Source: Leptospira sp.
GTDB lineage: Bacteria; Spirochaetota; Leptospiria; Leptospirales; Leptospiraceae
Assembly: GCA_034439575.1 (NCBI GenBank)
Contig: JAWXAQ010000007.1
Coordinates: forward strand, 128,001-192,000
DNA length: 64,000 nt
Reading direction: 5' to 3'
The notes under the pieces are model-generated. The model was not told the DNA's origin. It worked only from the letters and a program-made list of their open reading frames with translations, and searched no databases. The position numbers and the translations under genes were made by a program. Below are positions 30,411 through 40,554 of this stretch, in pieces (position 1 is the first letter of the stretch; the number at the start of each line of letters is the position of its first letter).

Positions 30411-31895
30411 ATGAAAGATACATTAAAATCATTCCTAGATCAGTTATTCACATCTTCTGATGTCAGTATTCTTTTAGTCGATTCTAAAAGTTTTAAAATC
30501 ATAATGATGAGTGATTCTCTAGCTATGGAACTAGAATATCAAAAAAATGAATTAGAATCATTCTCCTTATTTGACTTATTATTGTTTGGTGAAGAAAGAC
30601 ACAGCTCGAGTATAAACTCTATGGGTTCATTAGATAGAATCGATGCTAGCTGGGAATTTTTGAAAAAAGATAAATCAATAGTTCCATTATCTTTTAAATT
30701 AACTAAAATTCCAAACCCAGAAGACCCAATCGATTTTATTTTCTATTTTCAATTTTTAAATAAAACTGTGGTAAATTTAGGAAATCAAGACATTCATTTC
30801 GCAAAGGAAGCAGAAACTCTTAGAACCATTATTGCTACAATGAATAACGGTATTGTAATGGTTGATGATAATGGAATCATACAAGAGATCGCACCAATTT
30901 TCAAATTTTTACTTTTTCAATATCTTCCACTAGAAAAGGGAGATTTTATTTTTTCCTTTTTGGAAGAATCACTCCAAAAAGAATTTTTACAAGCAACCCA
31001 AGATGCCATTCATCTGATGGAAACCAAAACAAAAGAATTCAATTATACAATTCTTGAATCAGAGTACAATTTTATTGTTCGCTTCATCCCAATTAGGCGA
31101 TCCATTAAATCTCAAAAAATAATCATGCTAGTTTTTACTGATCAAACAGAAACCAAACGATTGGATAGACAGTTAATTGAGTCTATGAAATTTGTAAGTA
31201 TTGGTGAAATTGCCGCAGGATTGGCACATGAAATCAATAATCCATTACAAAGTGCACTTCTTTATCTAGATGATCTAATTCTTATAGGTGAAGATGATCC
31301 TGTCGAAAGAAAGGCGATTTTAAAAAAAATTGAATCTGCCAATTTGAGAATCAGAGATTTAGTTCGCTCCCTTCTCGATCTTGGACGCGTAGAAAGCCAA
31401 ACTCGTGATTTAGTTTCACCCTATTATATTTTGGTCCGAGCTAGTGAACTTGTCGAAGTTAGTTGTAAGAAAAAAGGTATTGAATTTGTCCGTCATGCAG
31501 GACCAAATCTTCCTGGTATCATTGTTCGTTGGCAAGAAATCGAACAAGTACTAATAAATTGTGTAGTAAATGCTATCAATGCTATATCAGAAATGGAATC
31601 TCAAAGGCAAAGTCCGAAAATAGAAATTGGTATTGATTTGATTACTTCAAACAAAAAAGATTGGGTAGTATTTTCCATAGAAGATAATGGTCCAGGAATG
31701 AACGATACAGTTTTAGATAAAGCTTTTCTACCTTTGTTCACGACTCGTCGCGATAAACAGGGCACAGGACTTGGACTTTCCATCTCTAAAAAAATAATCA
31801 ACGATCATGATGGAGAAATATTAATCAAATCTAAGTATGGTGTAGGAACCAAAATAGAGATCTATTTACCTGCACAATTGGACAAAAATGACTAA
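30411..31895 (+). CDS. PAS-containing cytoplasmic sensor histidine kinase
   Basis: LAHEINNPL, NCVVNAI, DNGPGM, FLPLFTT, GTGLGL. Confidence 0.92.
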   Translation: MKDTLKSFLDQLFTSSDVSILLVDSKSFKIIMMSDSLAMELEYQKNELESFSLFDLLLFGEERHSSSINSMGSLDRIDASWEFLKKDKSIVPLSFKLTKIPNPEDPIDFIFYFQFLNKTVVNLGNQDIHFAKEAETLRTIIATMNNGIVMVDDNGIIQEIAPIFKFLLFQYLPLEKGDFIFSFLEESLQKEFLQATQDAIHLMETKTKEFNYTILESEYNFIVRFIPIRRSIKSQKIIMLVFTDQTETKRLDRQLIESMKFVSIGEIAAGLAHEINNPLQSALLYLDDLILIGEDDPVERKAILKKIESANLRIRDLVRSLLDLGRVESQTRDLVSPYYILVRASELVEVSCKKKGIEFVRHAGPNLPGIIVRWQEIEQVLINCVVNAINAISEMESQRQSPKIEIGIDLITSNKKDWVVFSIEDNGPGMNDTVLDKAFLPLFTTRRDKQGTGLGLSISKKIINDHDGEILIKSKYGVGTKIEIYLPAQLDKND

Positions 31896-33396
31896 GATTT
31901 TAATTATTGATGATGAAGAAGAAATAAGAATAGCTTTAAAAAGAGTTCTCACTCGAGAAGGATACGAGGTCGAGTTAGCCGACTCAGTAGAATCAGCAAT
32001 ATCAAAAATAGAATCAAAAATTAATTACAGTACCGTCATTTCTGATATTTTGATGGGTGGACTAAGTGGTATTGATTTTATGAAATATATTTCAGAATCA
32101 AATTTAAATTTACCAGTCATTCTAATGACAGGAAACCCTAACCTTAGTTCTGCGGAATCTGCTGTAAGATACAAAGCCTTTGACTATATCTCAAAACCTG
32201 TTGAAAGAAATCAGTTACTAAACGTAGTAAAAAAGGCCCTTGATTTAAAATTTCAAAAAGATGCAGAATCAGAAAAATTCCATCAATCTGAGATTATGGA
32301 GAAGGTTTTAAGATCTCAAAATTTAGATTTGAATAGGCAGAACTCTGCCATTCTCAATGCAACGAGCGATGCTGTAATCACTATTGATTCACATCAAATT
32401 ATCGTATCTGCGAATCTTGCCACTTTTGAATTATTTAAGTACAGTGATTATAGCGAGATTATCGGCCAACCCGTTGAAGTTATTTTTACTTTAGATAAAT
32501 ATGAAAAGTACATGAAACAGGTTAGAACTGTGATGACACAAAATTCAGATAAAAAAGCCATTCAACTACCTGATGTTACACTCAAAAGAAAAGATAATTC
32601 AACATTTCTCGCAGATATAGCGATCTGCTCTTATATCATTGATGGTGATTTATATTTTACTGGAGTGGTTCGCGATGTAACTCAAAAAAAAGTTATGGTC
32701 CAACAGCTAATAGATTCTGAAAGAAGAGCATTTCTTTCCACAGTTGCGGCAAGCATCGGTCATGAAATCAACAATTCACTGACTGCGATTCAAGGTTTTA
32801 CAGAAATGGCAATGAAGGACAACGCAGATATTAATCTAAAAAATCGAGCTTTGCAAGTGACCATGAATCAAACGCAAAAATTGCAAGCTTTAACTTCGAA
32901 TTTATTATTACTTGGTAAATCAAAAAGTATAAATTCAAATGAAAATGAATCGATAGAAATAAATGAAGCTATCAATAGTGTAATGGAAGTTTTTCGTGAA
33001 ACAGCACGCTTAAAATATTGCCAAATCAATTGGGAGTCAAGTTCTGAAAAAATATATATCAGAGTCAGTTCAGATCAATTCAGTATACTTCTCACAAATT
33101 TGTTGTTAAACGCCGCTGATGCGACTAACAATTCAGGAACGATACAATTGACAATTGAACCGAGTGCTAAACAAATTAAACTTCATGTTCATGATGACGG
33201 CATCGGAATGACAGATGAAGTTATGTCAAAGATATTTGATCCTTACTTCACAACAAAGGAACTAGGAAAAGGTACAGGTTTAGGTTTGTTTGTTGTAAAA
33301 CAAATTACTGATACTTTCGGTATTCAAATTGATATTAAATCAAAACTGAACCACGGTACAACCTTTAGTTTATCTTTTGAAAGAGTAAGTGAATGA
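31888..33396 (+). CDS. Hybrid REC-PAS-histidine kinase
   Basis: REC (IDDE, ISDILM, MTG, KP), PAS, IGHEINNSL, NLLLNAAD, DDGIGM, GTGLGL. Confidence 0.92.
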   Translation: MTKILIIDDEEEIRIALKRVLTREGYEVELADSVESAISKIESKINYSTVISDILMGGLSGIDFMKYISESNLNLPVILMTGNPNLSSAESAVRYKAFDYISKPVERNQLLNVVKKALDLKFQKDAESEKFHQSEIMEKVLRSQNLDLNRQNSAILNATSDAVITIDSHQIIVSANLATFELFKYSDYSEIIGQPVEVIFTLDKYEKYMKQVRTVMTQNSDKKAIQLPDVTLKRKDNSTFLADIAICSYIIDGDLYFTGVVRDVTQKKVMVQQLIDSERRAFLSTVAASIGHEINNSLTAIQGFTEMAMKDNADINLKNRALQVTMNQTQKLQALTSNLLLLGKSKSINSNENESIEINEAINSVMEVFRETARLKYCQINWESSSEKIYIRVSSDQFSILLTNLLLNAADATNNSGTIQLTIEPSAKQIKLHVHDDGIGMTDEVMSKIFDPYFTTKELGKGTGLGLFVVKQITDTFGIQIDIKSKLNHGTTFSLSFERVSE

Positions 33397-34382
33397 CTTC
33401 AAATCTAATTTCGAGCGAAACATATCAGTATCTTTATGAAAAATTTGGAAACGACATTCAAATTTTTCCATTGCAAGATGAAGCATCTACACGCCGTTAT
33501 TTTTTACTCGAATCAAAAACAAAAAAATTTGTGATCTGTCTTGATAATCAAGTTAATGAAGACTTTATTTTGTTATCTGATTTCTTTTTAGATCAAAATA
33601 TTAGAGTCCCAAAAGTTTTAGAAAGAAATGATAATTTAAATTTATTAATTTTAAGTTGGGAAGGGCAAAAAGATCTGAGTAGTTTAGATCAAGATACATA
33701 CCAAAAACAGATTCCAGATGTATTAAATTTATTACTAAAAATACAAAAACTCAATCCTCCCGTACTCGTAAAAAATAGAAAATTTGATACAGAAAAACTG
33801 ATGTCAGAAATTTTACTTACCGAATCAAAATTTGAAATATTTAAAAACTTATATAACATATCTACTGACATTTCTATAGAAGTTCATGCATTCTTAGAAG
33901 AATGTGCTGGGTATTTAAGCAAACATGAAGTTAACGTCTTTACTCATCGTGACTTTCATTCAAGAAATTTATTATTAAATGATGAAGGTTCTATGACCTT
34001 AATTGATTTTCAGGATGCGAGAATGGGAGTTCCCCAATATGATTTGGCAAGTATTTTATATGATGCTTATTATCCTTTGCCAAGGGACTTTCGCATTCAA
34101 ATGTTAGCCTACTTTCAAAAACACTCCATTGGTGGTACAGTAAAATTTAAAGAAACGTTTTATTTACAATCTCTCCAACGATCTTTTAAAGCATTAGGTA
34201 CTTACTTTAGAATGGTCGTAGATGAGAAAAAAGACAAATTTAAACCTTCCATATTATCCTGCCTTGATCAACTAGAAGAAATAGTGCAATTAGGAATGTT
34301 TTCTGATGCACTTTATATTTTTGTAAGATCACTACGAAATGAATTACAAAAACATCCAGATTTTAAAATTAAAATTAAATAA
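33393..34382 (+). CDS. amgK: Anomeric MurNAc/GlcNAc kinase-like phosphotransferase (AmgK-like, APH fold)
   Basis: DEASTRRYF, HRDFHSRNLL, IDFQDARMG, YDLASIL, QRSFKALG; coupled to a nucleotidyltransferase. Confidence 0.75.
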   Translation: MTSNLISSETYQYLYEKFGNDIQIFPLQDEASTRRYFLLESKTKKFVICLDNQVNEDFILLSDFFLDQNIRVPKVLERNDNLNLLILSWEGQKDLSSLDQDTYQKQIPDVLNLLLKIQKLNPPVLVKNRKFDTEKLMSEILLTESKFEIFKNLYNISTDISIEVHAFLEECAGYLSKHEVNVFTHRDFHSRNLLLNDEGSMTLIDFQDARMGVPQYDLASILYDAYYPLPRDFRIQMLAYFQKHSIGGTVKFKETFYLQSLQRSFKALGTYFRMVVDEKKDKFKPSILSCLDQLEEIVQLGMFSDALYIFVRSLRNELQKHPDFKIKIK

Positions 34383-35104
34383 TGAACCATTTTTTCTTTT
34401 TGGCTGCTGGTTTCGGAAAACGAATGGGATCGTGGACCGTTGGTACACCAAAACCATTGTTAAAGATTGATGGAATTTCATTTCTTGATTATTCATTATT
34501 CTTGGCTAATAAATGGGGAGCTAAAAAATCTTGGATCAACGTACATTACTTAGGTGATAAAATAATTTTCCATTTAAAAAAATTTAATGGATTTCCATTG
34601 GATATTTCATATGAGAAAAAAGAAATACTAGGGACAGCTGGTGGTATCAAAACAGCTTTAGAAAATGTAATTTTAGACCAACCTTTAGTATTGTATAATC
34701 CTGATACTCTCCTCTTTCCAAATAATAATTTTAAATTAAAATCGACATTACCAAAAGAATCAAAAATTCACCTTTATTTAAATCAACTTTCACCAAACGA
34801 TAACTATACGAAAATTAAATTGGAAGAATCAGGTCATATTTGCTTTGGTGATGGGGATTTATATTATATTGGTTTAGCGCTTATACATTTGGATATTCTA
34901 AAGGAAATTGAAAGTCATACCTATGCTGATCTTTCACCCATTTTTAAAGAACTAGCAAAAACAAATCAAATTACTGGTGAAATTTTTGATGGTGATACAT
35001 TGGATCTTGGTGAAAAAGATCTTTATGAATCCTATCTAAACAAAAATGTGTTTGGGGATCAAAAAAAAGAAATACTAGAATTTATTGCGAAAAGCTTTAC
35101 CTAA
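34382..35104 (+). CDS. murU: NTP-sugar nucleotidyltransferase (MurU-like)
   Basis: LAAGFGKRM, PKPLL, INVHYLG, LGTAGGI, DLG; TAATG overlap with the amgK-like gene. Confidence 0.72.
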   Translation: MNHFFFLAAGFGKRMGSWTVGTPKPLLKIDGISFLDYSLFLANKWGAKKSWINVHYLGDKIIFHLKKFNGFPLDISYEKKEILGTAGGIKTALENVILDQPLVLYNPDTLLFPNNNFKLKSTLPKESKIHLYLNQLSPNDNYTKIKLEESGHICFGDGDLYYIGLALIHLDILKEIESHTYADLSPIFKELAKTNQITGEIFDGDTLDLGEKDLYESYLNKNVFGDQKKEILEFIAKSFT

Positions 35105-35105
35105 A

Positions 35106-36452
35106 TTATTTCAAGTGATCCAAAATTTGTTTTTGTCTATCTTCAAAGCCTTTTTTACCAAGTAAGGCAAACATATTATTTTTATAATCCTCAACCCCAG
35201 GTTGGTCAAAAGGATTCACACCTAACATATATCCAGAAATAGCACAACTGAATTCAAAAAAATAAAGCAGTTCGCCTAATGTTTCTTCGTTTAAAATAGG
35301 TAAATGTAGTTCCAAACAAGGAACATTCCCATCACTATGGGCAACTAATGTTCCTAATATCGCTTGTTTTGTAACATCAGAAAGTTTTTTTCCAGCTAGA
35401 TAATTTAATCCATCACTATCATCCGATTTTTCTGTCAGATAAACATCTGTTTTTGGTGAATCAATTTGTAAGACGGTTTCAAATAAATTTCGTTCACCAT
35501 CTTGCAAATATTGTCCCATAGAGTGTAAATCTGTTGTGAATTGGACAGAAGCAGGAAAAATTCCTTTACCACCTTTTCCTTCACTTTCACCAAACAACTG
35601 TTTCCACCATTCCATTGTAAAAGAAAGATTTGGTTGGTAACTAACCAAAACTTCAGTTTTTTTACCTTTGTCATAAAGTGCATTTCTATAGCTCGCATAT
35701 CGACAAGCTAAGTTATTTTTGGGATCTTTTTGTGCTTTTAATTCAGATTCCATCACTTTCGCACCATCCACTAATTGGTTGATCGAAAATCCGGCAGCAG
35801 CTATCGGTAACAATCCCACTGGAGTTAAAAATGAATACCGACCTCCCACATCATCTGGAATCACAAACGTAGGAAATCCATACTCATCAGATAATTTTTT
35901 CAATGCGCCTTTTGCTTTGTCTGTAGTGGAAAAAACTCTATTTTTTACGCCTTCCTTTCCATACTTTCGTTCTAACAGTGACAATAACAACCGAAAGGCG
36001 ATAGCGGGTTCCGTAGTCGTTCCTGATTTTGAAACAACATTCACTGAAAATTCTTTATTTTCCAAGAAGGCTAATAATTTGGAATGATAATCTGAATCCA
36101 AATGATGTCCTGCATAAAGAATGGTTACACCCTTTTTAGAAGGTTCCATTAAATGAAAAGGCGATGACAGTGCTTCGATCACAGCGCGAGCACCTAAGTA
36201 AGATCCTCCGATACCTACAACGACTAAGTATTGAGACGTTTTTTGAATCAAATCAGCGGCATCCCTAATTTTCTTTAAGATTTCGGGGTTAGTATTCGTG
36301 GGTAAATCTACCCAACCAAGGAATTCATTGCCAGCACCTGTTTTGGATAAGAGTGTTTCTCTAGCTTTTTCTGCCTTTGTTAGATACGCATTATAATCGG
36401 TTTCGGAGATAAATTTTTTAACAAAGCGGTCATTCAAAGTCAGGTTGGACAT
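35106..36452 (-). CDS. pgi: Glucose-6-phosphate isomerase
   Basis: GIGGSYLGA, SKSGTTTEP, VGGRYS, QLFGESEGK, TDLHSMGQ, FDQPGVEDYK. Confidence 0.97.
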   Translation of the reverse strand: MSNLTLNDRFVKKFISETDYNAYLTKAEKARETLLSKTGAGNEFLGWVDLPTNTNPEILKKIRDAADLIQKTSQYLVVVGIGGSYLGARAVIEALSSPFHLMEPSKKGVTILYAGHHLDSDYHSKLLAFLENKEFSVNVVSKSGTTTEPAIAFRLLLSLLERKYGKEGVKNRVFSTTDKAKGALKKLSDEYGFPTFVIPDDVGGRYSFLTPVGLLPIAAAGFSINQLVDGAKVMESELKAQKDPKNNLACRYASYRNALYDKGKKTEVLVSYQPNLSFTMEWWKQLFGESEGKGGKGIFPASVQFTTDLHSMGQYLQDGERNLFETVLQIDSPKTDVYLTEKSDDSDGLNYLAGKKLSDVTKQAILGTLVAHSDGNVPCLELHLPILNEETLGELLYFFEFSCAISGYMLGVNPFDQPGVEDYKNNMFALLGKKGFEDRQKQILDHLK

Positions 36453-36538
36453 TTTTATATTACCTTCAGAAAAATTTGAAAATTAGATTCATAATTTGTG
36501 ATGTATTTCATGAGTTGTAAAGGAATTTTGTTAAGTTA

Positions 36539-37693
36539 ATGATGGATACGAATTCACTTTTTACTGCATTTAAAATGCACTTCCCCTCACAAGATTCACC
36601 TATACGACATTTTTCGGCTCCAGCAAGGATAAATATCATCGGTGAACATGTTGATTATCTGGGTGGCATAGTGCTCCCAGCCGCCATTGATTTTTCGATC
36701 CATGTTTTAATACAAAAAAACCAATCTTCACATTATCATTTATATTCAATGGACTATGAACAGCAAACAAGCGCGCAAAAACCGTTTGTGAATTCAAAAG
36801 AATTTCCATGGTCTGATTATATTTTAGGAGTCATTCTCGAGATCGAAAAAAAAGGACTTTCTGTACCGGGATTTAATTTGCTCATCAAAGGAAACATCCC
36901 GCAAGGAGCTGGACTTTCTTCTTCAGCGGCACTTGAAGTTGCGGTCGCATACGCCATCCATTCACTCTTTGATTTCAATCTCTCAAGAGAAGAAATTGCT
37001 CTGATAGGACAAGCAGCCGAAAATCATTTTGTCGGAACCAAATGCGGAATTATGGATCAATTCATTATCGCACTCGGAAAAAAGGATCATTGCATTTCTT
37101 TAAATACAGAAAATCTCAAATACACCTATCACGAGTTTGATTTAAAAGATTATGAATTTTATCTTATCAATTCTAATGTGAAACATAGTCTGAAAGATAG
37201 CGAGTACAACGAGCGCAGAAAAGAATGTGAATCGGCACTTAAAAAAATACAGTCAGTTTATCCCGAAGTTCCATCACTGTATGATTTTCCAAATCCTAAA
37301 AAAATAGAAACACAGTTAAATTCTGCTGAATACAAACGTCTCATACATGTTACGAGCGAACGAATTAGAACAGAAAGTGTGATTTCAAATCTAAAGAATG
37401 GTGAGTTTCAAACTGTCGGAAAATTGTTATATGAATGCCATTGGTCTTTGTCAAAAAATTTCGAAGTTTCATGTTCAGAAACAGATTTTATCGTCACATA
37501 TTTAGAATCAAAGGGTGTAATTGGTGCAAGAATGATTGGCGGTGGGTTTGGTGGTTGTGTTTTAGTGCTTGATAAAAAAGAAAATTTTGCTTTGATCAGC
37601 CAAGAATTAGTAAAAATTTATACACAAAAGTTTAAATATCCTGTAAACTTTTACAAATTCAAGATATCGGATGGAGTGAAAGAAATAGGTTAG
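36539..37693 (+). CDS. galK: Galactokinase (GHMP kinase)
   Basis: APARINIIGEHVDY, IPQGAGLSSSAA, CGIMDQ, GARMIGGGFGGC. Confidence 0.92.
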   Translation: MMDTNSLFTAFKMHFPSQDSPIRHFSAPARINIIGEHVDYLGGIVLPAAIDFSIHVLIQKNQSSHYHLYSMDYEQQTSAQKPFVNSKEFPWSDYILGVILEIEKKGLSVPGFNLLIKGNIPQGAGLSSSAALEVAVAYAIHSLFDFNLSREEIALIGQAAENHFVGTKCGIMDQFIIALGKKDHCISLNTENLKYTYHEFDLKDYEFYLINSNVKHSLKDSEYNERRKECESALKKIQSVYPEVPSLYDFPNPKKIETQLNSAEYKRLIHVTSERIRTESVISNLKNGEFQTVGKLLYECHWSLSKNFEVSCSETDFIVTYLESKGVIGARMIGGGFGGCVLVLDKKENFALISQELVKIYTQKFKYPVNFYKFKISDGVKEIG

Positions 37694-38086
37694 ATGACTG
37701 ATAATTGGGAAGAGTATTCTATAGAATCTGGCGAATTTCAAATGGCTGTTATTTCCAAGCCACCTATCATTCTGCCTGCTTCCGCCATTGCTTTCGATCT
37801 TATTGGAGAAATCAATTTATACAATTCCCAAGCGATTCGAGAAACACTCGACACTCTGATCGAAAAAGGTAAATTACACTTTTTTTTAAATTTAGAACAA
37901 GTACTATACATTGATTCTTCGGGATTGGGTGTATTTCTAGGCATTCATTCAAAATTAGCGAAGGTAAGCGGGTTCATTCGCCTCGTCTCACCCTCTGAAA
38001 AAGTACGGTATGTCCTTGAATTAACTAAATTAAAAAGTCTCCTTCAAATTTATGAAACCATTGAAGATGCGACAAAATTAATTTAA
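37694..38086 (+). CDS. STAS anti-sigma-factor antagonist
   Basis: GEINLYN, NLEQVLYIDSSGLG (phosphorylatable Ser), VLELTKL, IYETIEDA. Confidence 0.92.
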   Translation: MTDNWEEYSIESGEFQMAVISKPPIILPASAIAFDLIGEINLYNSQAIRETLDTLIEKGKLHFFLNLEQVLYIDSSGLGVFLGIHSKLAKVSGFIRLVSPSEKVRYVLELTKLKSLLQIYETIEDATKLI

Positions 38087-38946
38087 AAATAAGTCGGAAA
38101 CAAATATTTTAATTTTTGCACCTGCGCTGGATTTCTTTTTTCCACAGCAGTGACAATAGAAAATTTTGTGCTACCTACGAGTGAAGTATCTTCTCCGTTT
38201 CCGATTAAGTCAATAAGTTCAGATAACAGACGTTTTGCTGTTTCCGCGTTTTTACTCAAATTCCCCAATACCATTTCTAATGTGACATGAGCCTCATCTT
38301 CTTTCCAACAATCGTAATCAGTAGACATACAAATCATTTGGTAAAGAATTTCAGCTTCTCTGGCTAATTTTGCTTCAGGAAGTACTGTCATATTAATAAT
38401 GTCAGCCCCAAAAGAACGATACATATGAGATTCTGCTCTCGTAGAAAATAATGGACCTTCCATACAAACCAAAATTTTGTCTTTATGAATTTTAAGTCCG
38501 ATTGATTGTGCTGCTTTTTCTACTTTAACAGAAAGGCTACTTGAGAAAGGATCTGCAAAGGGAGCATGAGCAACGACACCGTTTTCAAAAAATGTCGCCT
38601 GACGAGACTTAGTTCTATCTATAATTTGTGATGGTATTACAAAATCACGGGGGTGAATTTCTTCGCGAAGACTTCCTACAGAACTAAATGCAATTATCTC
38701 TTCTACGCCTAAACTCTTTAAAGCAGCAATGTTTGCTTGAGCAGGAACTTCACTTGGATTTAGAAAATGACCACGGCCATGTCTAGGAAGAAAGGCGATC
38801 TCTTTGCCTTTGTATTTTCCAATTGTGATCGTATCGGATGGTTTTCCCCAAGGAGTGTCAGGAAATACTTCTCCTTTGATTTCCATTCCATCAAGTGAAT
38901 ATAAGCCAGTTCCTCCGATCACACCAATTTTTACTACATCTGCCAT
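38083..38946 (-). CDS. mtnP: 5'-methylthioadenosine phosphorylase
   Basis: GVIGGTG, TPWGKPS, RHGRGH, EGPLFSTRAES, INMT, PEAKLARE, TDYDCW. Confidence 0.95.
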   Translation of the reverse strand: MADVVKIGVIGGTGLYSLDGMEIKGEVFPDTPWGKPSDTITIGKYKGKEIAFLPRHGRGHFLNPSEVPAQANIAALKSLGVEEIIAFSSVGSLREEIHPRDFVIPSQIIDRTKSRQATFFENGVVAHAPFADPFSSSLSVKVEKAAQSIGLKIHKDKILVCMEGPLFSTRAESHMYRSFGADIINMTVLPEAKLAREAEILYQMICMSTDYDCWKEDEAHVTLEMVLGNLSKNAETAKRLLSELIDLIGNGEDTSLVGSTKFSIVTAVEKRNPAQVQKLKYLFPTYF

Positions 38947-39047
38947 TGATTACTCCTCTAGTTGCAGATTGAAATATCTCTTTTTGGTTGCATTCGTTTT
39001 TTTGATGCACATCCTGGAGTCTTGGTTAGGAGTTAGAAATTAATACT

Positions 39048-40475
39048 ATGAAAAAACTGACACTTGTTTGTCTTTTAGCATTCCTTTTTACGGGACTAGG
39101 AACTTATGCTGATTCAAATTCAAATTCTTCCACAGAGGAAAATAGAAAATCAATCAGTGTAACTATTTATAATGGGGGAATGGGTCTAGTACGGGAAACG
39201 AGAACAATCAATTTAAAGAAAGGTATTCGTACAGTAAGGTTTGAGGATGTAGCTTCACAAATAATTCCGCAAACAGTTCGTATTAAATCCGAAGATCCTA
39301 AAAAGCTTACTGTTTTTGAACAAAACTACGAATATGATCTAATTTCTCATGAAAGACTTATGGATAAATATATTGGTAAAGAAGTTACTATTTACCGCGA
39401 TGGCACAGAAAAAGATCCAGGAACTAAGGCGCTTCTAATTTCAAATAACGGTGGTAGCCCCGTTTATAAAATTGGAAATGAAATTTCTCTTGGATATTAT
39501 GGAAGAATTACTGTTCCAACATTGCCAGATAATTTATTCGCTAAACCGACATTAGTTTGGAAGTTAAAAAATGAAGAAGAAAAGGAACAAAATCTCGAAG
39601 TTTCCTATCAGACAAATGGTTTAAACTGGTCTGCAGATTATATTTTAGTTTTAAATAAAGAAGAAGACAAGTCGGGTTTGAATTCATGGGTCACACTAAC
39701 AAATAATTCTGGCGCAAGGTACAAGGATGCCACACTCCAATTAGTCGCTGGTAAAATCCAATTGATAAGTAACCAACCTCAGTATGCACCTTCTCCAAAA
39801 GTTTACAAGCGTTCAATGGAAATGGAATCTTCCGATGTTGTAGCACCAGAGTTTAATCAGGAAAATTTATCAGAATATTATTTATATACTTTAGACCAAC
39901 CAACAACCATTGGATTTAATCAAACAAAACAAGTGCAATTATTTCAGTCGGAAGATGTCGGGATTAAAAAATATTTTGTTTTTGAAAATTTGCCAATGTA
40001 TGAAGGTAATGAAAAAAAATTCAACAACGCTACGGTAAAATATATCTTCAAAAATTCAAAAAACAATAACCTGGGAAGACCATTACCAGCGGGAACTATA
40101 CGAGTATTTAAAGCAGACTCGAAAGGCAGACAACAATTATTAGGCGAAGATACGATCGACCATACTCCTGATAACGAAGATGTCAAAATTAAAACAGGTC
40201 AGGCCTTTGATGTTGTTGCAAATGGGAAAAGAAATTCTTTCGAAGTTTTTAAAATTTCGAATGGTAACAAGGCTACTTACTCAGCGGAAATTAGAAATCG
40301 CAAAAAGGAAGACATAGAAGTACGATTTTATGCAACTTTATATGGAGATTGGACAATCACAAAATCATCTCACAAATTCACAAAAGAATCATCTTCGAAA
40401 GCTTACTCGGACATAGCAATCAAAGCAGGCGAAACGGTCACCGTGGAATATGCAGTAGAAACCAAATATTGGTAA
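39048..40475 (+). CDS. Secreted DUF4139-domain protein
   Basis: Signal peptide; VTIYNGGMGLVRE, EQNYEYDL, SYQTNGLNWSADY, LGRPLPAGTIRVF, GEDTIDHTP, GQAFDV. Confidence 0.85.
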   Translation: MKKLTLVCLLAFLFTGLGTYADSNSNSSTEENRKSISVTIYNGGMGLVRETRTINLKKGIRTVRFEDVASQIIPQTVRIKSEDPKKLTVFEQNYEYDLISHERLMDKYIGKEVTIYRDGTEKDPGTKALLISNNGGSPVYKIGNEISLGYYGRITVPTLPDNLFAKPTLVWKLKNEEEKEQNLEVSYQTNGLNWSADYILVLNKEEDKSGLNSWVTLTNNSGARYKDATLQLVAGKIQLISNQPQYAPSPKVYKRSMEMESSDVVAPEFNQENLSEYYLYTLDQPTTIGFNQTKQVQLFQSEDVGIKKYFVFENLPMYEGNEKKFNNATVKYIFKNSKNNNLGRPLPAGTIRVFKADSKGRQQLLGEDTIDHTPDNEDVKIKTGQAFDVVANGKRNSFEVFKISNGNKATYSAEIRNRKKEDIEVRFYATLYGDWTITKSSHKFTKESSSKAYSDIAIKAGETVTVEYAVETKYW

Positions 40476-40513
40476 AATATTGATACGATTTTCTTTTTTT
40501 GGTCAAGGATTGA

Positions 40514-40542
40514 TTGACAAATCATTCAGTCCTTGATAGTTT
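40514..40542 (+). promoter_or_regulatory. Sigma70-type promoter of the marR gene
   Basis: TTGACA (40514-40519), 17-bp spacer, TAGTTT (40537-40542); ATG 12 nt downstream with no SD, so the leader is very short or absent. Confidence 0.7.
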
Positions 40543-40554
40543 AATATCAAACTA
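40537..40554. promoter_or_regulatory. Putative MarR operator palindrome
   Basis: TAGTTTAATATCAAACTA: 18-bp palindrome with one mismatched pair, covering the -10 box and ending at the base before the ATG. Confidence 0.7.

Noticed and set aside
33393-34382. Aminoglycoside resistance phosphotransferase
   Set aside because: The ASxRRY, HRDFHSRN and DFQDA motifs plus coupling to a nucleotidyltransferase fit the AmgK sugar kinase better; no mobile context.
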